The notes under the pieces were generated by a model that saw only the letters and a program-made list of their open reading frames with translations, did not search any database and had not been told where the DNA came from. From positions 2,560,001 through 2,624,000 of the forward strand of contig NZ_JAQNDL010000003.1 of NCBI RefSeq assembly GCF_028368995.1: a stretch of DNA of 64,000 nt. Reading direction: 5' to 3'. Position 1 is the stretch's first letter. The number at the start of each line of letters is the position of its first letter. The DNA comes from Nannocystis bainbridge (lineage in GTDB: Bacteria > Myxococcota_A > Polyangia > Nannocystales > Nannocystaceae). Of this stretch, positions 43,588-53,255 are shown in pieces. Both the position numbers and the translations under genes were made by a program.

Positions 43588-45173
43588 GGCGCGCCCTCGT
43601 CGACGAACGGCCCGACCGCGTGCCCGCGCCGGCGCAGGCAGCAGTAAAAACCGACCTCGAGCAGCCCGCCGGGCGCCGATGGATCACTCACCGTCCCGGG
43701 CTCGGCGCACGCCCACACCATGTCGCGCCCGAACCCGCGCTTTCGCGCCGCCGACGGCGTCGGCCGCTGCGGCCCGACGTGGCCGACGTGACACAGCAGA
43801 TCGGGCTCGCGCGCCAAAATCACCGCTTGCGGCGCCATCAACTGATGCCCCGGCCGCGCCTTGACCTGCGGCTCCACCTCGACCTCGCGGGGCCAGCGAT
43901 CGACCAGCCCGTAGACATCGACCGCCCGCAACCTCGAAGCATACGGCAACGCCCCCGCTGCCCCGACCGAGATCGAAGTGTCCTCCGGGACATGCTCTTT
44001 GAGCCATGTCCCTGCGGCCACCCGCTCGCGGGCGAACCGGTCCATCGCCGTCACCCCTTCCCAGCGACCGTCGAGCCACCCGCTCGCCGTCTCGCGATCT
44101 TTCACCACCCGGCCCCGCGCCAGCAGCCCCAGCGCGATCGCCAGCACCAGCCCGGCGCCGACCGCGACTGCCGGCCCGCGGCGCCTGAAGAACTTCTCGC
44201 CCGCCTCGATCAGCAGCCACCCGACCAGCCCGGCCGTCAGCGCCGTCGCCACCACCAGGAACCGCCCGTAGGCCATGAAGTCGCCGCCGACCGACCACGC
44301 GTAGCCCACCACCGCCGCGATCGGCAGCACCAGCGGCATGTGCCTCGCCCGCAGCAGCAGCGCCAGCGGCGTCAACCACACCAGCCGCAACGCGCTCGCC
44401 CACGCGGCCACGTAGGCCACCCCGAACGTGTCGCGCAGCAGCCGGCCGTGCTGCTTGATCGCCCACGTGTTCGGCAGCCACTCCCCATAATAGGCGTGTC
44501 GCCACAGCAGGTGCACCACCAGCGGCCCGCCCGCGATCACCGTCGCGATCGCCGCCTCGCGCAGCGGAGGCAACCGCTCACGCCTGCCCCCGAGGACATG
44601 ACCGATCGACCAGACTATTAAAAACACCCCGATCGGCAGCACCGCGTCGGGTCGCGTCAATCCTGCCAGCGCCGTGAGCGTCCCTGCCCACCGCCAGCGC
44701 CCCTGCGCCGTCGCTGCCATCGCCGCGATCGTCAGCGCCGCGGCCCACGACGTCTCGAGCCCGCCGTGGGCCCACACCACGTACTCCGGCGCCGCCGCCA
44801 GCAGCAGCCCCGGGATCAGGTCCACCGCCGTCCACGGCCCGCTCGCCCCCCGCAGCCCCCGGATCAGCACGATCGTCGCCGCCGCTCCGGCCAGCGCCCC
44901 CAGCTGCGTCAGCCACGGCGCCAGCGCCTCGGGCAGCGCTCCGAGACATGTCCCGAGGGCCAGCACGATCACCCACAGGAAATTCGTATAGCCCTCGACC
45001 CGCTCGCCGAGGTTGTACTCGAGCGCCCCGTGCTCGGCCAGGTTCCACGCGTAGCGGAACGAGATATACGCGTCGTCGCAGATGAACTGCCAGGCGCGCG
45101 CGTGCACCAGCAGCAGCGCCGCGGTCGCGGCCGCCAGCGCCATCGCGGCCCTGCTCTGCCCGGCCGGCATCAC
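43584..45173 (-). CDS. GT-C fold glycosyltransferase, AftB-like N-terminus
   Basis: DDAYISFRYA.NL, ERVEGYTNFLW, GLET, TRPD, YYGEWLPNT, GGDFM..RF. Confidence 0.75.
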   Translation of the reverse strand: MMPAGQSRAAMALAAATAALLLVHARAWQFICDDAYISFRYAWNLAEHGALEYNLGERVEGYTNFLWVIVLALGTCLGALPEALAPWLTQLGALAGAAATIVLIRGLRGASGPWTAVDLIPGLLLAAAPEYVVWAHGGLETSWAAALTIAAMAATAQGRWRWAGTLTALAGLTRPDAVLPIGVFLIVWSIGHVLGGRRERLPPLREAAIATVIAGGPLVVHLLWRHAYYGEWLPNTWAIKQHGRLLRDTFGVAYVAAWASALRLVWLTPLALLLRARHMPLVLPIAAVVGYAWSVGGDFMAYGRFLVVATALTAGLVGWLLIEAGEKFFRRRGPAVAVGAGLVLAIALGLLARGRVVKDRETASGWLDGRWEGVTAMDRFARERVAAGTWLKEHVPEDTSISVGAAGALPYASRLRAVDVYGLVDRWPREVEVEPQVKARPGHQLMAPQAVILAREPDLLCHVGHVGPQRPTPSAARKRGFGRDMVWACAEPGTVSDPSAPGGLLEVGFYCCLRRRGHAVGPFVDEGAP

Positions 45174-46732
45174 AGCGAGCGGCGCAGCGCCTCGGGGTCC
45201 TGCGCCGCGCCCATCGCCGCCTCGAGCGACACCTTGCGCGCCCGCACCAGCGCCGCCAGCGACTGCTCGAGCGACACCATCCCGTCGGCTCGACCGGTCT
45301 GGATCGCCGTGGCGATCTGGTGCCCGCGGCCCTCGCGGATCTGGGCCGCCACCGCCGAGGTCACCAGCATCTTCTCAAAAGCCACCGCCCGCTCGTTGCG
45401 CGACACCGGCACCAGCACCTGCGTCACGATCGCCCGCAGCGTGCCTGCCAGCTGCAGCCGCACCTGCGTCTGCTGGTGGCCCGAGAACCCGTCGATGATG
45501 CGGTCGACCGCCATCGCCGCCCCGGCCGCGTGCAGCGTCGAGAGCACCAGGTGGCCCGTCTCTGCCGCCGTGAGCGCCGCCGAGATCGTCTCCGGGTCGC
45601 GCATCTCGCCGACCAAAATGATGTCGGGCGCCTCGCGCAGCGACGCCCGCAGCCCCTCGGCGAAGCTCGACACGTCCTTGCCGACCTCGCGCTGGTGGAT
45701 CAGCGCCTTCTTGCTCGTGAACACGTGCTCGACCGGGTCCTCGAGCGTCACCACGTGCCGGGCCGCCGTGCGGTTGACGTGCTCGACCAGCGCCGCCAGC
45801 GTCGTCGACTTGCCCGAGCCCGTCGGCCCCGTGAACAGCACCAGCCCCGCCGGATAGCCGACCAGCGCCGTGAAGTCCTCCGGCAATCCGAGCTCCGCCA
45901 GCGTCGGCGCCTTGTCGCGCACCGGCCGGAGCGCCGCCGACAGCCCGCGCTGCTGGCGGAACACGTTGGCGCGGAAGCGCAGCCCGCCGAGGTCGAGCGC
46001 CGTGTCGACGCTGCCTGCCGCGCGCAGCCGGGCCCGCTGCTCCGGGCTCAGCACCTCGGCGAACAGCGCCGCGATCGCGGCCTCCGACGCCTGTGTCCCG
46101 ATCTCGCGCAGGTCGCCGGCCGTGCGCACCCGCGGCGCCAGCCCGGCCGAGAAGATCACGTCCGCCGCCCCCTCCCAGTGGGCCCGCTGCAGCACCCCAC
46201 GCAGCTCGTCGGCCGCCCGCTGCGCCTCCTCGTCGGGCTCTTCGGACATGTCCTCCGGGACATATTCGTGGACCACCGGCGCCGGCGCCGGCTGCACCGG
46301 CGCCTCGGTCCGGCGCCCAGGCGTCGGCGGTCGCACCGGCGGCGGCGGCGCGGGCGTGCGCACCGGCGGCAGGTCGGGCACCGGGTGGCTGTCCTGAGGG
46401 ACAGGTCTCGAAGCACCTGTCCCTGCGGTCACCCGCGCCTTGGCCAGGCTCAGGTGGTAGCGCCCGCCGTCGATCTTGAGCTCGCCGGAGAACCGCTGGC
46501 CCTCGAACGTGTGCTCGACCTTGACCGACTTGCGCAGGTCGAGCTCCTGGCGCTGCTCCGGCGTCACCAGGTCTTCGAAGAACATCGCCACCATCTCGTG
46601 GCTGACCTTCGGCATCGACAGCGGCACGTCGGCGCCGGCGCGTTTGAGCGAGGGGACGCGTTCGGAGGCGAGGACCAGGCCGTCGGCCTTCTGGGCGTCG
46701 AGGATCTTGAGCAGCGAGTCGATCGCGGCCAT
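45170..46732 (-). CDS. pilT: PilT/PilU-family type IV pilus retraction ATPase with extra N-terminal domain
   Basis: GPTGSGKSTT, LEDPVE, QREVG, LREAPDIILVGEMRD, AETGHLVLSTLH, AVAAQIRE. Confidence 0.88.
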   Translation of the reverse strand: MAAIDSLLKILDAQKADGLVLASERVPSLKRAGADVPLSMPKVSHEMVAMFFEDLVTPEQRQELDLRKSVKVEHTFEGQRFSGELKIDGGRYHLSLAKARVTAGTGASRPVPQDSHPVPDLPPVRTPAPPPPVRPPTPGRRTEAPVQPAPAPVVHEYVPEDMSEEPDEEAQRAADELRGVLQRAHWEGAADVIFSAGLAPRVRTAGDLREIGTQASEAAIAALFAEVLSPEQRARLRAAGSVDTALDLGGLRFRANVFRQQRGLSAALRPVRDKAPTLAELGLPEDFTALVGYPAGLVLFTGPTGSGKSTTLAALVEHVNRTAARHVVTLEDPVEHVFTSKKALIHQREVGKDVSSFAEGLRASLREAPDIILVGEMRDPETISAALTAAETGHLVLSTLHAAGAAMAVDRIIDGFSGHQQTQVRLQLAGTLRAIVTQVLVPVSRNERAVAFEKMLVTSAVAAQIREGRGHQIATAIQTGRADGMVSLEQSLAALVRARKVSLEAAMGAAQDPEALRRSL

Positions 46733-46820
46733 GGCGCCCGGTATAGCGCGAGGGCCGGCGTCCTCGCCAGTGCTCGCCGTCCGATGCGCGCCCAGCCGGC
46801 CCGTGGCATCGTCGGGGCGC

Positions 46821-47723
46821 GTGCACGTGTTTTATTCCGACCAATTCGTGCTGCCGCTCCCGCCCGGCCACCGGTTCCCGATGGCCAAATACGCGGCCCT
46901 GCGCGCGCGCGTGGCCGCCAGCGGCCTGGTCGATCCCGCCGACATGCACGTGCCCGAGCGCGCCACCCCGGACCAGCTCGCCCTGGCCCACGACCCCGGC
47001 TACGTCGACCGCGTCTGCCGCGGCGAGCTCAGCGCCCGCGAGCAGCGCGAGATCGGCTTCCCCTGGTCCGAGGCCATGGTCGAGCGCTCGCTGCGGTCGA
47101 CCGGCGCCACCATCGGCGCCTGCCGGGCCGCGCTGATCCACGGCGGCTTCGCGGTCAACCTCGCCGGCGGCACCCACCACGCCTTCCGCGATCGCGGCGA
47201 CGGCTACTGCGTGTTCAACGACAGCGCCGTGGCGGCCCGCGTGATGCAGGCCGAACGCCGCGCCGCCCGCGTGCTCGTCGTCGACTGCGACGTCCACCAG
47301 GGCGACGGCACCGCCAGCATCCTCGCCGGCGACGACACGATCTTCACGTTCTCGATCCACGCCGCCAAGAACTACCCGTTCAAAAAACAGGAAAGCGACC
47401 TCGACATCCACCTGCCCGACCGCACCGGCGACGACGACTACCTCGCGGCGCTGGGGCGCGGCCTCACCGAGGCCCTCGGCCGCGCCAGCCCCGACCTCGC
47501 CATCTACCTGGCCGGCGCCGACCCCTACGAAGGCGACCGCCTCGGCCGCCTCGCCCTCACGAAGGAGGGCCTGGCCCAGCGCGATCACCTGGTCCTCGGG
47601 ACATTGCGAAAAGCACATGTCCCGACGGCCATCTCGATGGCCGGCGGCTACGCGAAGGAGCTCGACGACGTGGTCGAGATCCATTTTAAAACGGTGAGCA
47701 TCGCCGCCGAGCTCGCGCCCTGA
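46821..47723 (+). CDS. Histone-deacetylase family protein
   Basis: HRFPMAKY, NLAGGTHHA, GYCVFND, DCDVHQGDG, NYPF, GAD, GGY. Confidence 0.9.
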   Translation: MHVFYSDQFVLPLPPGHRFPMAKYAALRARVAASGLVDPADMHVPERATPDQLALAHDPGYVDRVCRGELSAREQREIGFPWSEAMVERSLRSTGATIGACRAALIHGGFAVNLAGGTHHAFRDRGDGYCVFNDSAVAARVMQAERRAARVLVVDCDVHQGDGTASILAGDDTIFTFSIHAAKNYPFKKQESDLDIHLPDRTGDDDYLAALGRGLTEALGRASPDLAIYLAGADPYEGDRLGRLALTKEGLAQRDHLVLGTLRKAHVPTAISMAGGYAKELDDVVEIHFKTVSIAAELAP

Positions 47724-47783
47724 GCTCGCGGATCTCTCCGGGCTTCACACGTTCTGGAAGATCGAGCCGTCTCGCGTTGGCCG

Positions 47784-48791
47784 TCAGACCCGCCGGATCT
47801 TCGCCCCGAGCTCCTGCAGCCGCTGCATCGCGCGCTCCGGCTCGAGCAGGCTCTCCGGGTGATACAACCCGGGTTCCGGCGCCTCGTGCCCCGCGAGGCC
47901 GAGCAGCCTCTCGGTGGCCAGCGCCGCCCCGTACGCGCTGAGGTTCGCGTACACGTCGTCGTCGGTGATCTCGATCCGGACTTGCTTCGCGGCGCCCTCG
48001 TGATCCTCGCCGGCGATCTCGACGATCAACTCCGTCGCAGGCCCCCGGCCGCTCACCGCCTCGCGCGTCGCGAAATCGACGCGGATCGACCTCGCCTCGG
48101 TCGCGGCCGCGAGGCTGACCACGTCGAGCAGCGCCAGCACCCCGCCCTGGCGCTTCACCCCCGTGACATCGACGATCTCGCGCGCCGCCTCCTCGCCGGC
48201 GACCCACCGCCAAAGCCCGTCCTCGCGGATCAGCGCGCTGGGGAACGCGCTCCCGAGCCGCTCGAAGTCGGCCTGCGACGCCGGCCCGCCCTGATCCTCC
48301 GGATCGACGACCCCCGCCAGCGCGATCGACTCCACTTTCTTAAACTCGCGCGCGAGGTGCAGCGCCGCGAGCGTACCGACACCGCCGAACACGTGGCCGA
48401 GGAGCAAGATCGGCGCCCTCCCGGGGTTTTGAATGAAGTGCGCCACCTCGGGGCCGATCTCGAAGGCGAAGCTGGCGAACGACAGGTACGCGAGCCCCCG
48501 TGCCTGCGCGAACTTCAATGAATTCAGCCAGGGGTCCGTCAGCAGCGTGACGACCGCGCCGAAGCTCGCTCCCTCGAGACCCAGGTCCTCGCGCGCCAGG
48601 TCGACGCGCGTCGCCGTCGTCGGCCCGCCGATCTGCGCCGCCACGGCCGTGGCCTTCGCCACGTCACGAGCGGCCAGCACGATCGGCAATTCGGGGTGCA
48701 GGCGGCGCAGCGCCCTGGCGACGCGACGGCCGACCACCCCCGAGCCCCCGAGCAACAACACCGGATTCTTCATCGATGCAGACATACGCAT
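47784..48791 (-). CDS. Saccharopine-dehydrogenase-like NAD(P)-binding oxidoreductase
   Basis: GGSGVVG Rossmann motif; paralogue of the upstream gene; ERLLGLAG...PGLY. Confidence 0.75.
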   Translation of the reverse strand: MRMSASMKNPVLLLGGSGVVGRRVARALRRLHPELPIVLAARDVAKATAVAAQIGGPTTATRVDLAREDLGLEGASFGAVVTLLTDPWLNSLKFAQARGLAYLSFASFAFEIGPEVAHFIQNPGRAPILLLGHVFGGVGTLAALHLAREFKKVESIALAGVVDPEDQGGPASQADFERLGSAFPSALIREDGLWRWVAGEEAAREIVDVTGVKRQGGVLALLDVVSLAAATEARSIRVDFATREAVSGRGPATELIVEIAGEDHEGAAKQVRIEITDDDVYANLSAYGAALATERLLGLAGHEAPEPGLYHPESLLEPERAMQRLQELGAKIRRV

Positions 48792-48829
48792 GAACTCCCT
48801 TCATCTCTCAAGGACAGCAACAGTCGGCC

Positions 48830-49840
48830 TCAAGCCCGACGGGTCTGCGTGCCGAACTCCGCCAGCCGGCGCAGCAGGTACTCCGGCTCGACGATCACGT
48901 GCGGCAGATAGAGCCCCGGCGGCACCGCCGGGCCGCCTGCGAGGCCGAGCAGCCGCTCGACGCCGACCGCGACGCCGACCGCGGTGACCGGCGCCTGCCC
49001 CTCTGGATGGACCAGCTCGATGCGCACGCGGCCGCTCGTACCATCGCTGCGCGTGCCGGCGATCTCGACCACGATCTCGGTGGAGAACGGCTCGCCGCGG
49101 CGACGGCTGGCAGACTCGCCGACGGCGACGTCGGTGCGGATCGATCTCGCCCCGGTCGCGGTGCCGAGGCTCAGGACATCGAGCATCGAGTAGGCCTGCC
49201 CGGTCATCGCGCGCCCGTCGACGGCCGTGAACACGCGCTCGGCCGCGGGCCCGCCGATCCACTGCCACTTGCCGCCCGCGAGCACCAGCGCGCTCGTCTG
49301 CGCCTTCGTCTGCCGCTCGAGGTCGGCGTAGGCCGCCGGCCCGCCGACGTCCTGCTCGTCGAGCACCGCGGCGATCTCGATCGACTCGACGCTGCGGAAC
49401 TCGCGGACGCCTCGCAGCGCCGCCGCCGTGGCCGCGCCCGCCAGCCAGCTGCCGGCCATGAGGATCGGCGCGCTCCTGGGTCTCGCCACGTGCAGCCCGA
49501 CCACGGGCCCGAGCTCGAACGCCACCGTCGAGATCTCGAGGTAGGGGATCTCGCGCGCCTGGGCGAACCCGACCGAGTGCAGCGTGTCGTCCTTCACGAA
49601 CATCACCACCGCGCCGAACCTGCGCTCGGCCGGCTGCCCGAGGTCGGCGCGCGCGAGGTCGACGGCGACGGCATCGGCGTTGCCGAGCTCGCGGGCCACG
49701 GCGCGCGCCTTTTCGAGGTCGCGTCCGCCGATCGTGATCGGCAATTCGGGGTGGAGTCGGCGCAGGATCTGGGCGGCGCGCGAACCGACGACGCCGGAGC
49801 CGCCGATGATGAGGACGGGTGCTTGGGTGCTCGTGGACAT
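48830..49840 (-). CDS. Saccharopine-dehydrogenase-like NAD(P)-binding oxidoreductase
   Basis: IIGGSGVVG, IGGRD, ERLLGLAG...PGLY; start ATG 49840. Confidence 0.75.
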   Translation of the reverse strand: MSTSTQAPVLIIGGSGVVGSRAAQILRRLHPELPITIGGRDLEKARAVARELGNADAVAVDLARADLGQPAERRFGAVVMFVKDDTLHSVGFAQAREIPYLEISTVAFELGPVVGLHVARPRSAPILMAGSWLAGAATAAALRGVREFRSVESIEIAAVLDEQDVGGPAAYADLERQTKAQTSALVLAGGKWQWIGGPAAERVFTAVDGRAMTGQAYSMLDVLSLGTATGARSIRTDVAVGESASRRRGEPFSTEIVVEIAGTRSDGTSGRVRIELVHPEGQAPVTAVGVAVGVERLLGLAGGPAVPPGLYLPHVIVEPEYLLRRLAEFGTQTRRA

Positions 49841-49908
49841 GACAAAACCTCGCTCTCGCGCGGCGGACTGAACCGCCGCGAGTGGCCATGACGCCGGGCT
49901 GGCGCCGC

Positions 49909-49938
49909 AACTTACTCTTAGTAAGTTACGGATGGTAA
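49909..49938. promoter_or_regulatory. Putative TetR operator (double site)
   Basis: AACTTACT-CTT-AGTAAGTT perfect palindrome plus an overlapping TTAC-N5-GTAA, AT-rich, between divergent genes. Confidence 0.75.
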
Positions 49939-50002
49939 TATGGCCCGACGGTGCTACTGTCAAGGACGGCCCGCGAAGAAATCTCGAGGCGACACGACGA
50001 CG

Positions 50003-50593
50003 ATGACGGGGACCACGACCAGCCGACTGCCGAAGGCCGAGCGACGCACGCAGCTGCTCGAGACCGCCCAGCAGATCGTGCGCGAGGAAGGGACCGACGC
50101 GCTGACGCTCGGCCGCCTCGCCGAGCGCGCCGGCGTCAGCAAGCCGATCACCTACAACCACTTCGAGACGCGCTCGGGCCTGCTCGTCGCCCTCGCGCGC
50201 GAGGTCGACGACCGCAGCATCGCCACCTTGCACGAGGCCCTGAAGCGCACGCGCCCGCGCCTGCCCGACGTCGCCCGCGTGCTCGGCACCGCGTACATGC
50301 GCTGCTACTCGCAGAACGGCCCCGAGTGGCTGGCCATCCTCGCCGCGCTCAAGGGCGACAGCGCGATGGAGTCGGTGCAAGAGGAGCTGCTCGACCGCTA
50401 CGTCACGATCTACCGCACCGCCCTGGCCCCGCTCACCGAGCTGACGCCGCGCGAGCTCCAGCGCCGCTGCGTCGCCATCATCGGCGCCGCCGAAGCCCTC
50501 GGCCGCGACCTGTCCCGCGGCCGCCTCGACGAACCCGCCGCCGCCGCGACCCTGACCTCGCTGATCGTCGCCTGGCTCGGCAAGCAAGGTTGA
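50003..50593 (+). CDS. TetR/AcrR family regulator
   Basis: RRTQLLETA, LTLGRLAERAGVSKPITYNHF. Confidence 0.92.
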   Translation: MTGTTTSRLPKAERRTQLLETAQQIVREEGTDALTLGRLAERAGVSKPITYNHFETRSGLLVALAREVDDRSIATLHEALKRTRPRLPDVARVLGTAYMRCYSQNGPEWLAILAALKGDSAMESVQEELLDRYVTIYRTALAPLTELTPRELQRRCVAIIGAAEALGRDLSRGRLDEPAAAATLTSLIVAWLGKQG

Positions 50594-50656
50594 AACGACG
50601 CGCCCGCGATCGACCTCGCGATCATGAAGCGCAGCGCCCTGCTCGGCCGCTGATCC

Positions 50657-52051
50657 TCACCGCAGGCGATCGAGCTCGCCGGTGCAGTCGAGCTTCGCGC
50701 CGTTCTTGAGCGGCACCGAAGTCAGCCCGACCGCGTCGCGCTCGACCCCCATCGCCCGGGCGATCGACACCAGCAGGCGGTTGTGCGGCGGGCCTTGCAG
50801 CTCGTCGCCGAGCAGGCCGGGCACCACGTTCGTCTGCCGCCAGTGGATGTACCGCCCCGGCTTGTCGAAGTATCCCGTCCCGCCGGCCAGCACCACCGGC
50901 AGGCGATGGAGCTGATGCTCGGGCGTCCCCAGCTCGCTCGACCACACCACCAGCGTATCGTCGAGCAGCGTCCCGCCGGCGCTCGGGATGTCCTCGAGCA
51001 CATCCAGCAGCTTCGCCACGTCGTTCGCGTGGTAGCGGCCGAAGTTGGCCATCACCTGCGCCGCGACCGGGTCGCTCGACACCGCGTGGGCGAAGTCGTT
51101 GTGGATGTCGCCGGGCGGCGCCCCGACCTGCTCGTTGCGCAGGCCCCACAGCGCCAGCAAACCGACGCGGGTCAGGTCGCACGACAGCGCCAGCGCCGTC
51201 AGCGTCGTGAACAGCTGCGTGCGCTGGTCGTACCACGCCGGGTCTTCCCACGGCGCCGCCGCCCCCGGCGGGTCCGGCACCTCACATGGCTTTTGGGACA
51301 GCGCCTCCAGCTGCAGCTCGAGCGCGCGCAGCAGGTCGCGGTGTTGCTCGACCTTGAGGCGGTCATCCGCGCCGAGCCGGGGCGCCACCGCCGAGAACTG
51401 CGCCCGCGCCAGCTCGACCACCGCGCTCTGGCGGGCCCGGATCGCCGCCGCGTCGCTCGACAGCGGCGCCTCGCCGTCGGGGAACAGCCGCGTGTAGAGC
51501 TCGGCCGGCTCGTAGATGTACGGCAGCGTCTTGCCGCCCGGATCGTACGAGTAGGGCCAGCTGCCGTGCGACACCTGCAGCGAACCGATCTGGCCCGGCT
51601 CGGCGATCGCCGCCGCCACGATCTGGTCGATCGAAGGCCCTTGCGCGTGCGCCGGCCCGTTCTCGAGCTCGACCGCCTGCGTGCCCGTCAGCGCCGTCGC
51701 GTGCCCCTCCTTGTGCTCGTTGAGCGCGGTCGTCATCCCGACCGCGTTGCCGAGCCCGTCGAGGATCGAAAGCCGCGCGCGGTGGCGGTGCAGGGGTCGC
51801 AAGATCTCGCTGAACTCCGCTTCGGCGAGCGGCGAGAGCGGCGCCTCCCAGTCCGCGTCCTCCGACGGATCGCCGGGGCGCATGCGCCAGCGCGGGTACA
51901 CCGCGCCGTGCTCCGTCATCACCACCAGCAGGCGTCGCACCGGCGCCTCGGCCTGTGCTCTCGCGCCGCGCGGCAGCAGCGACGGCAGGCACAGCGCCCC
52001 CAACCCGAGTCCCAGCCCGCCGCGCAGCCACGTGCGGCGCGAGGTCGTCAT
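50657..52051 (-). CDS. DUF1552-family Tat-exported protein
   Basis: SRRTWLRG Tat signal, LPSL, SIDQIVA, LGADDRLKVEQH, ALSCDLTRV, TLLDDTLV, LPVVLAG. Confidence 0.8.
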   Translation of the reverse strand: MTTSRRTWLRGGLGLGLGALCLPSLLPRGARAQAEAPVRRLLVVMTEHGAVYPRWRMRPGDPSEDADWEAPLSPLAEAEFSEILRPLHRHRARLSILDGLGNAVGMTTALNEHKEGHATALTGTQAVELENGPAHAQGPSIDQIVAAAIAEPGQIGSLQVSHGSWPYSYDPGGKTLPYIYEPAELYTRLFPDGEAPLSSDAAAIRARQSAVVELARAQFSAVAPRLGADDRLKVEQHRDLLRALELQLEALSQKPCEVPDPPGAAAPWEDPAWYDQRTQLFTTLTALALSCDLTRVGLLALWGLRNEQVGAPPGDIHNDFAHAVSSDPVAAQVMANFGRYHANDVAKLLDVLEDIPSAGGTLLDDTLVVWSSELGTPEHQLHRLPVVLAGGTGYFDKPGRYIHWRQTNVVPGLLGDELQGPPHNRLLVSIARAMGVERDAVGLTSVPLKNGAKLDCTGELDRLR

Positions 52052-52181
52052 CGACGCGTCTCCGTCGCGCGGGTCGACTCCGCGCCTGCGCCTGGGCGCA
52101 CGATCGCGCCCGCATGTGGGCTCTCGACGGCGAGCGTGTCGCTGTTGCGGACATGCACATGCATCGCTCGCGCGGCCATCG

Positions 52182-52273
52182 CTGTCACCCTACGAGGCCC
52201 GTCGCGGTGGGTCAAGGCGCTCTCGCGGCGAGAGCGCGTTGACACGTTCGCGCGAGCTTCTTTAAAGTGACAG
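52182..52273. promoter_or_regulatory. Back-to-back sigma70-type promoters within an inverted repeat
   Basis: Plus: TTGACA(52239)-18-TAAAGT(52263). Minus: TTGACC(52215)-17-TAGGGT(52192). Confidence 0.65.
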
Positions 52274-52276
52274 GCA

Positions 52277-52903
52277 GTGTCGGTCACGATCGAGGGCGAG
52301 CGCGTCGACCAGCTGCTGCGCATCATCGTGGCCGCCGCCACCGGCGACTACGAGCTGCGGGTCCCGCTGCTCGAAGAGGACGACGACGAGTTCCTCGAGG
52401 TCGAGCTCGGCGTCAACTACTTGCTCGAGGAGCTGGCGCTCGGCAAGGCCAAGAGCGACAGCCAGCGCCAGCAGCTCGAGGTGCGCGCCGAGGAGCTGGC
52501 CCACCAGCAGAGCGAGCTCGTGCAGGCGCTGTCGACCCCGGTGATCGCCGTGTGGCCGGGCGTGCTGGCGCTGCCGCTGGTCGGTCGCGTCGACGACGAG
52601 CGGGCCGCCACGATCACCGCCGTCTTGCTCGAGCGCGTCGCCGCCGAGCGTGCCACCCACGTCATCCTCGATCTCACCGGCGTCGGTGCGATCGCCGGCA
52701 ACACCATGCCGGCGCTGCTCCGCATGGTCCGCGCGATCGGCCTGCTCGGCGCCAGCTGCCTGCTCACCGGCATCAGCGCGCCCGTCGCCCAGCAGATCGT
52801 CGCGCTCGGGGCCGCCGAGGGCGGCGCGCCGGTGCGTGCGCTGGCCCAGCTGAGCGACGCGCTCGCGCTCGTGCTGGCCCAGAAAGGCGCGCTGGGGCGC
52901 TGA
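52277..52903 (+). CDS. RsbR-like STAS protein with N-terminal HAMP-like/coiled-coil segment (copy 1)
   Basis: AATGDYELRV...E...GVN; LSTPVIAVWPGVLALPLVG; VILDLTGV; LLTGI. Confidence 0.85.
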   Translation: MSVTIEGERVDQLLRIIVAAATGDYELRVPLLEEDDDEFLEVELGVNYLLEELALGKAKSDSQRQQLEVRAEELAHQQSELVQALSTPVIAVWPGVLALPLVGRVDDERAATITAVLLERVAAERATHVILDLTGVGAIAGNTMPALLRMVRAIGLLGASCLLTGISAPVAQQIVALGAAEGGAPVRALAQLSDALALVLAQKGALGR

Positions 52904-52904
52904 C

Positions 52905-53255
52905 ATGCCGTTCCGCTACGAGGAGCTGGTGACGCCCATGGGCCGGCCTTACGTGCGCGTGCACGTGTCGGGCGACATCGACCTGCGCGATGCCGAGGAG
53001 TACGTGGCCAGGTTCGAGGGCGCGTACCAGCGACGGCGCGTGCTGTCGGTGGTCGCCAGCGGCACCGAGTACTCGGCCAAGGCGCGCAAGCACCTGCTGG
53101 CGATGCGCGAGAGCAGCCCGCACGCGACCGTGACGACCAGCGCGCTGGTGCGGGCGGCGATCCACCTGATGACGCGGTCCGCCGCCGGCGGCACATATCG
53201 CGTGTTCACCGACGAACCCGAGGCGCTGGCCTGGCTCGACGACCAGGAGGCATGA
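52905..53255 (+). CDS. Small SpoIIAA-like (STAS/SEC14) protein (copy 1)
   Basis: GTEYS..AR, S.LVRAAI, C-terminal VF..EPEALAWL. Confidence 0.7.
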   Translation: MPFRYEELVTPMGRPYVRVHVSGDIDLRDAEEYVARFEGAYQRRRVLSVVASGTEYSAKARKHLLAMRESSPHATVTTSALVRAAIHLMTRSAAGGTYRVFTDEPEALAWLDDQEA

